From NCBI GenBank assembly GCA_963777605.1, contig CAVZRV010000029.1, positions 224,001 through 288,000 of the forward strand: a stretch of DNA of 64,000 bases, in the 5' to 3' direction. The notes under the pieces are model-generated. The model was not told where the DNA came from, did not search any database, and saw nothing but the letters and a program-made list of their open reading frames with translations. Made by a program: the position numbers and the translations under genes. Below, piece after piece: positions 61,512 through 64,000 of the stretch (its first letter is position 1; every line of letters starts with the position of its first letter). The DNA is from an uncultured Acidobacteriota bacterium (lineage in GTDB: Bacteria > Acidobacteriota > UBA6911 > RPQK01 > JAPXNP01).

Positions 61512-63280
61512 TCAGTGACTCGGGAAAGGACTTCGCTCGTTACCAACCGGCGGTGCTGATCCAGGAAACCTCATCCGGCTCAGCAAATCCTGAAACCGGA
61601 GGTTGTTCCTCAACGGATCGTAGATCCAGAATGCCTTGAGCCAGACCAACATGATGTCCTGCTCCTGATAAGCTCTTTCAAGCCAGTCGAGAGCTTTCTT
61701 CGGACTCCCCAAGTCCGAGATATACATGGGCTGGCGCCGTGGCGGGGACCACACTGTATCCCTCCCATTTCTCAAGTTGGCTTACAACGCTTCTGGCCAG
61801 CTCGGGACACCCCGTCTTGCCGTAGATATACCCGGCAAATCCCATATAGTCAGATTGCCTCCCTTCGGCTGCGGCTACAACCCGTTCGGTCTCATTCAAC
61901 GCTTCCTCGAACTTGCCGGCCCTGTACAGAAACAGTGCCAGGAGCCAGTGGCTTTGACGAAAATCTGGTTCAATCTCAAGTCCCTGGCGGACGAGTTCAG
62001 TTGCTGCCTCAATTTCGCCGGCAAAGTGCAAAGCGAAGGCCAGCTCATTATAGGTATTGGGGGACAGGGGATCGATTTCCAGTGTTTTCCTGCCAAACTC
62101 GATGGATTCCTGTAATCGCCCAATGGCGGTGAAGAAGTTCGCATAGAAAATCCGGGCAAAAGTCGAGCCGGGGTTGAGGTCGATTCCCCGCCGAAATTCC
62201 TGGTTTGCTGCCAGCCAGTCTCTTTCAAACAATTGGTGTATTCGGGCCAAAGCGATGTGGCCCTCTGCGAGGTGTGGATCCAGCTCTAAAGCTTTTTCGG
62301 CCGCCGCCTTGGCTAGTTGGTGCGAAGCTGCGGATCGACGGAGGAATGCCAGCCTCCTAGCGCGATGTAAGCGTGGGCAAGCCCACCATAAGCCGGGGCG
62401 TATAACGGGTCGGACTCAATTGCCTGGTTGTAATACTGAATCGCCCTTCGGAATGCACCTTTTGAGAGGCGAAGAACCTGGTGATTGCCTTTTAGGTAGA
62501 GTTGATAGGCTTGCCAGTTGAATGGCCGCGTGCTTTGCGTTTTAGACTGCCCAGGGCGCAACACCGAGCCGATCTCATGGGCAATCGATTCCGCAACGCT
62601 ACGCTGCAAAACCAACACGTCTTCCAGGTTGCGGACATAGCTCTGGGCCCACAGATGCTCATCACGAAGCCCATCCAAGAGCTGAACCTCGACTCGCACC
62701 TGTGTTCCTACCCTGAGCACAGATCCCTCGACGATCACGTCTACTCTCAGTTCACGTGCAATCTCCGGGATCGACTTGCCACTCTTTTGAATTCGGGCTG
62801 CTGATGTCCGGGAGATTACTCTGAGATCAGTAAGCCGTGAAAGGTCGGTTATGATCGCATCTGTCATCCCCGACACAAAGTAATCTTGTTCCGGATCGTT
62901 CATCAGGTTTTCCAAAGGCAGGACAGCGATGGACATGGTTTGAGCGTCCGAGGTAGTGACCTGGGCGAGCACTCGATAACCACGTTTGGGAACCGTCTCG
63001 ATAAAGGATGGAGACTTGGCGTTATCGCCGAAGGATTTGCGCATTGCTCAACGATGGTCCGGATCAGGGCATCCTCAATTACAAAGGTATCCGGCCACAC
63101 GGCATCAAGGATCTCACCCTTGTTCAGGACCCTTCCGGGATGCTGGGCGAGATAGAGGAGCACATCCATCACATTTGGCTCAAGGTGCTGCGTCTCGCCT
63201 GCCCTCTGAATCTGGTTCAGTTTGGAGTGGACGACCCAATCTCCGAATCGGAATCCCTCGCCGCAGATCATCGATCTCAC
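61512..63280 (-). CDS. CadC-like winged-helix / TolB-N / TPR regulator (several frameshifts)
   Basis: FRFGDW...LEPNVMDVLLYLAQHPG, FIETVPKRGYR, SIAVLPLENL..DPEQDYF..GMTD, TPRs, DPLRNNLRFQDLL.RM. Confidence 0.85.
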
Positions 63281-63548
63281 CCTCGGAGTGAGTTGACAAT
63301 TGAGTTCAGTTTACCACTCACCAGATTATGCACACGAGAAGGTCTCTTTCCAGGTTGCTCAGCTTTCTTGGGAAGATCGTCGAATCCTCGTTAGTCCATC
63401 GGGACTTTCCGCCGAACCGGCAGTCAAATGAGTTCAACTGAGTTCTTCTTCACATCCGGGACTGGCAAGGAGTGTTTGCTGTGGCCAGTTCGACGGGGGT
63501 TGGGTGGCGGCGAGACTCAGTGTTGTGAATTTCCAGAAGGAGGGAATT

Positions 63549-64000
63549 ATGGTTGCGGTCAAATCTATCTTAAGCAGTTTTTTTTCGGTGGTCTTCCTGA
63601 TCCCATTGCTGACAAGTCCAATGGTTGCCGGTGGTGATGAAGGGGCATTGATCGTCGGCAACCTCAATATCGGTTATGACGGGAACGGAATACTACGCTA
63701 CCAGGCGTCAAACGGAGCATTCATCGACATGATGATCCCGGAAGGTACTGGAGGGGTGACCGGTTGCTGTTGTATGGCCTTTGGCCCCGACGAAAACCTG
63801 TATGTCTCCAGTCCCTTTACCGGAGAGGTCTACCGATTCAACGGTGTCACCGGAGAATTTATCGACGTTTTCGTCCCCGCGGGTAGCGGTGGCCTCACTT
63901 TTCCCATCATCACGAAGTTCGGCCCCGACGGAAATCTCTATGTAGGGGACATCTTCATCAATAACCAGATCGTTCGCTATGATGGCCGGACCGGAGAGTT
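63549..64000 (+). CDS. Secreted NHL-like beta-propeller protein (runs off the window)
   Basis: Own translation: signal peptide MVAVKSILSSFFSVVFLIPLL..., repeats FGPDENLYV..VYRFNGVTGEFIDVF and FGPDGNLYV..RYDGRTGE. Confidence 0.8.
   Translation, partial: MVAVKSILSSFFSVVFLIPLLTSPMVAGGDEGALIVGNLNIGYDGNGILRYQASNGAFIDMMIPEGTGGVTGCCCMAFGPDENLYVSSPFTGEVYRFNGVTGEFIDVFVPAGSGGLTFPIITKFGPDGNLYVGDIFINNQIVRYDGRTGE

Overview
GC-rich bacterial window; the gene content suggests Acidobacteriota, which is an inference. Clustered frameshifts, including in the essential leuS, point to long-read-type indel errors. Positions 1-31.2 kb are core genome: a beta-barrel porin fragment, a Rid protein, a Cys-rich MerR regulator, a convergent CbcL-like (11 CxxCH + cytochrome b) / ImcH-like (NapC-type) multiheme cytochrome pair, an aminotransferase, USP, DksA/TraR, a PAS kinase with a sigma54 response regulator, a hybrid kinase, leuS, slyD, a porin, AsmA and a VPS10/BNR protein, with many REP-like and heptamer repeats. 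An intact tRNA-Leu(TAA) at 31212-31297 begins a 30-kb accessory array. The 54-bp 3' part of this tRNA, starting exactly at the anticodon loop, recurs four times (38379, 41881, 57006, 61279). Each copy is preceded by the same 127-128-bp end carrying TGTGCC direct repeats and an IHF-like site. This defines four tandem att-bounded modules (7.1, 3.5, 15.1 and 4.3 kb), none with a recognisable integrase, and three of them end in a toxin-antitoxin operon. This apparent non-autonomous, tRNA-anchored cassette array is the strongest candidate for an undescribed system. Module 3 also holds a group II intron inserted inside the terminal inverted repeat of an IS4-family element.
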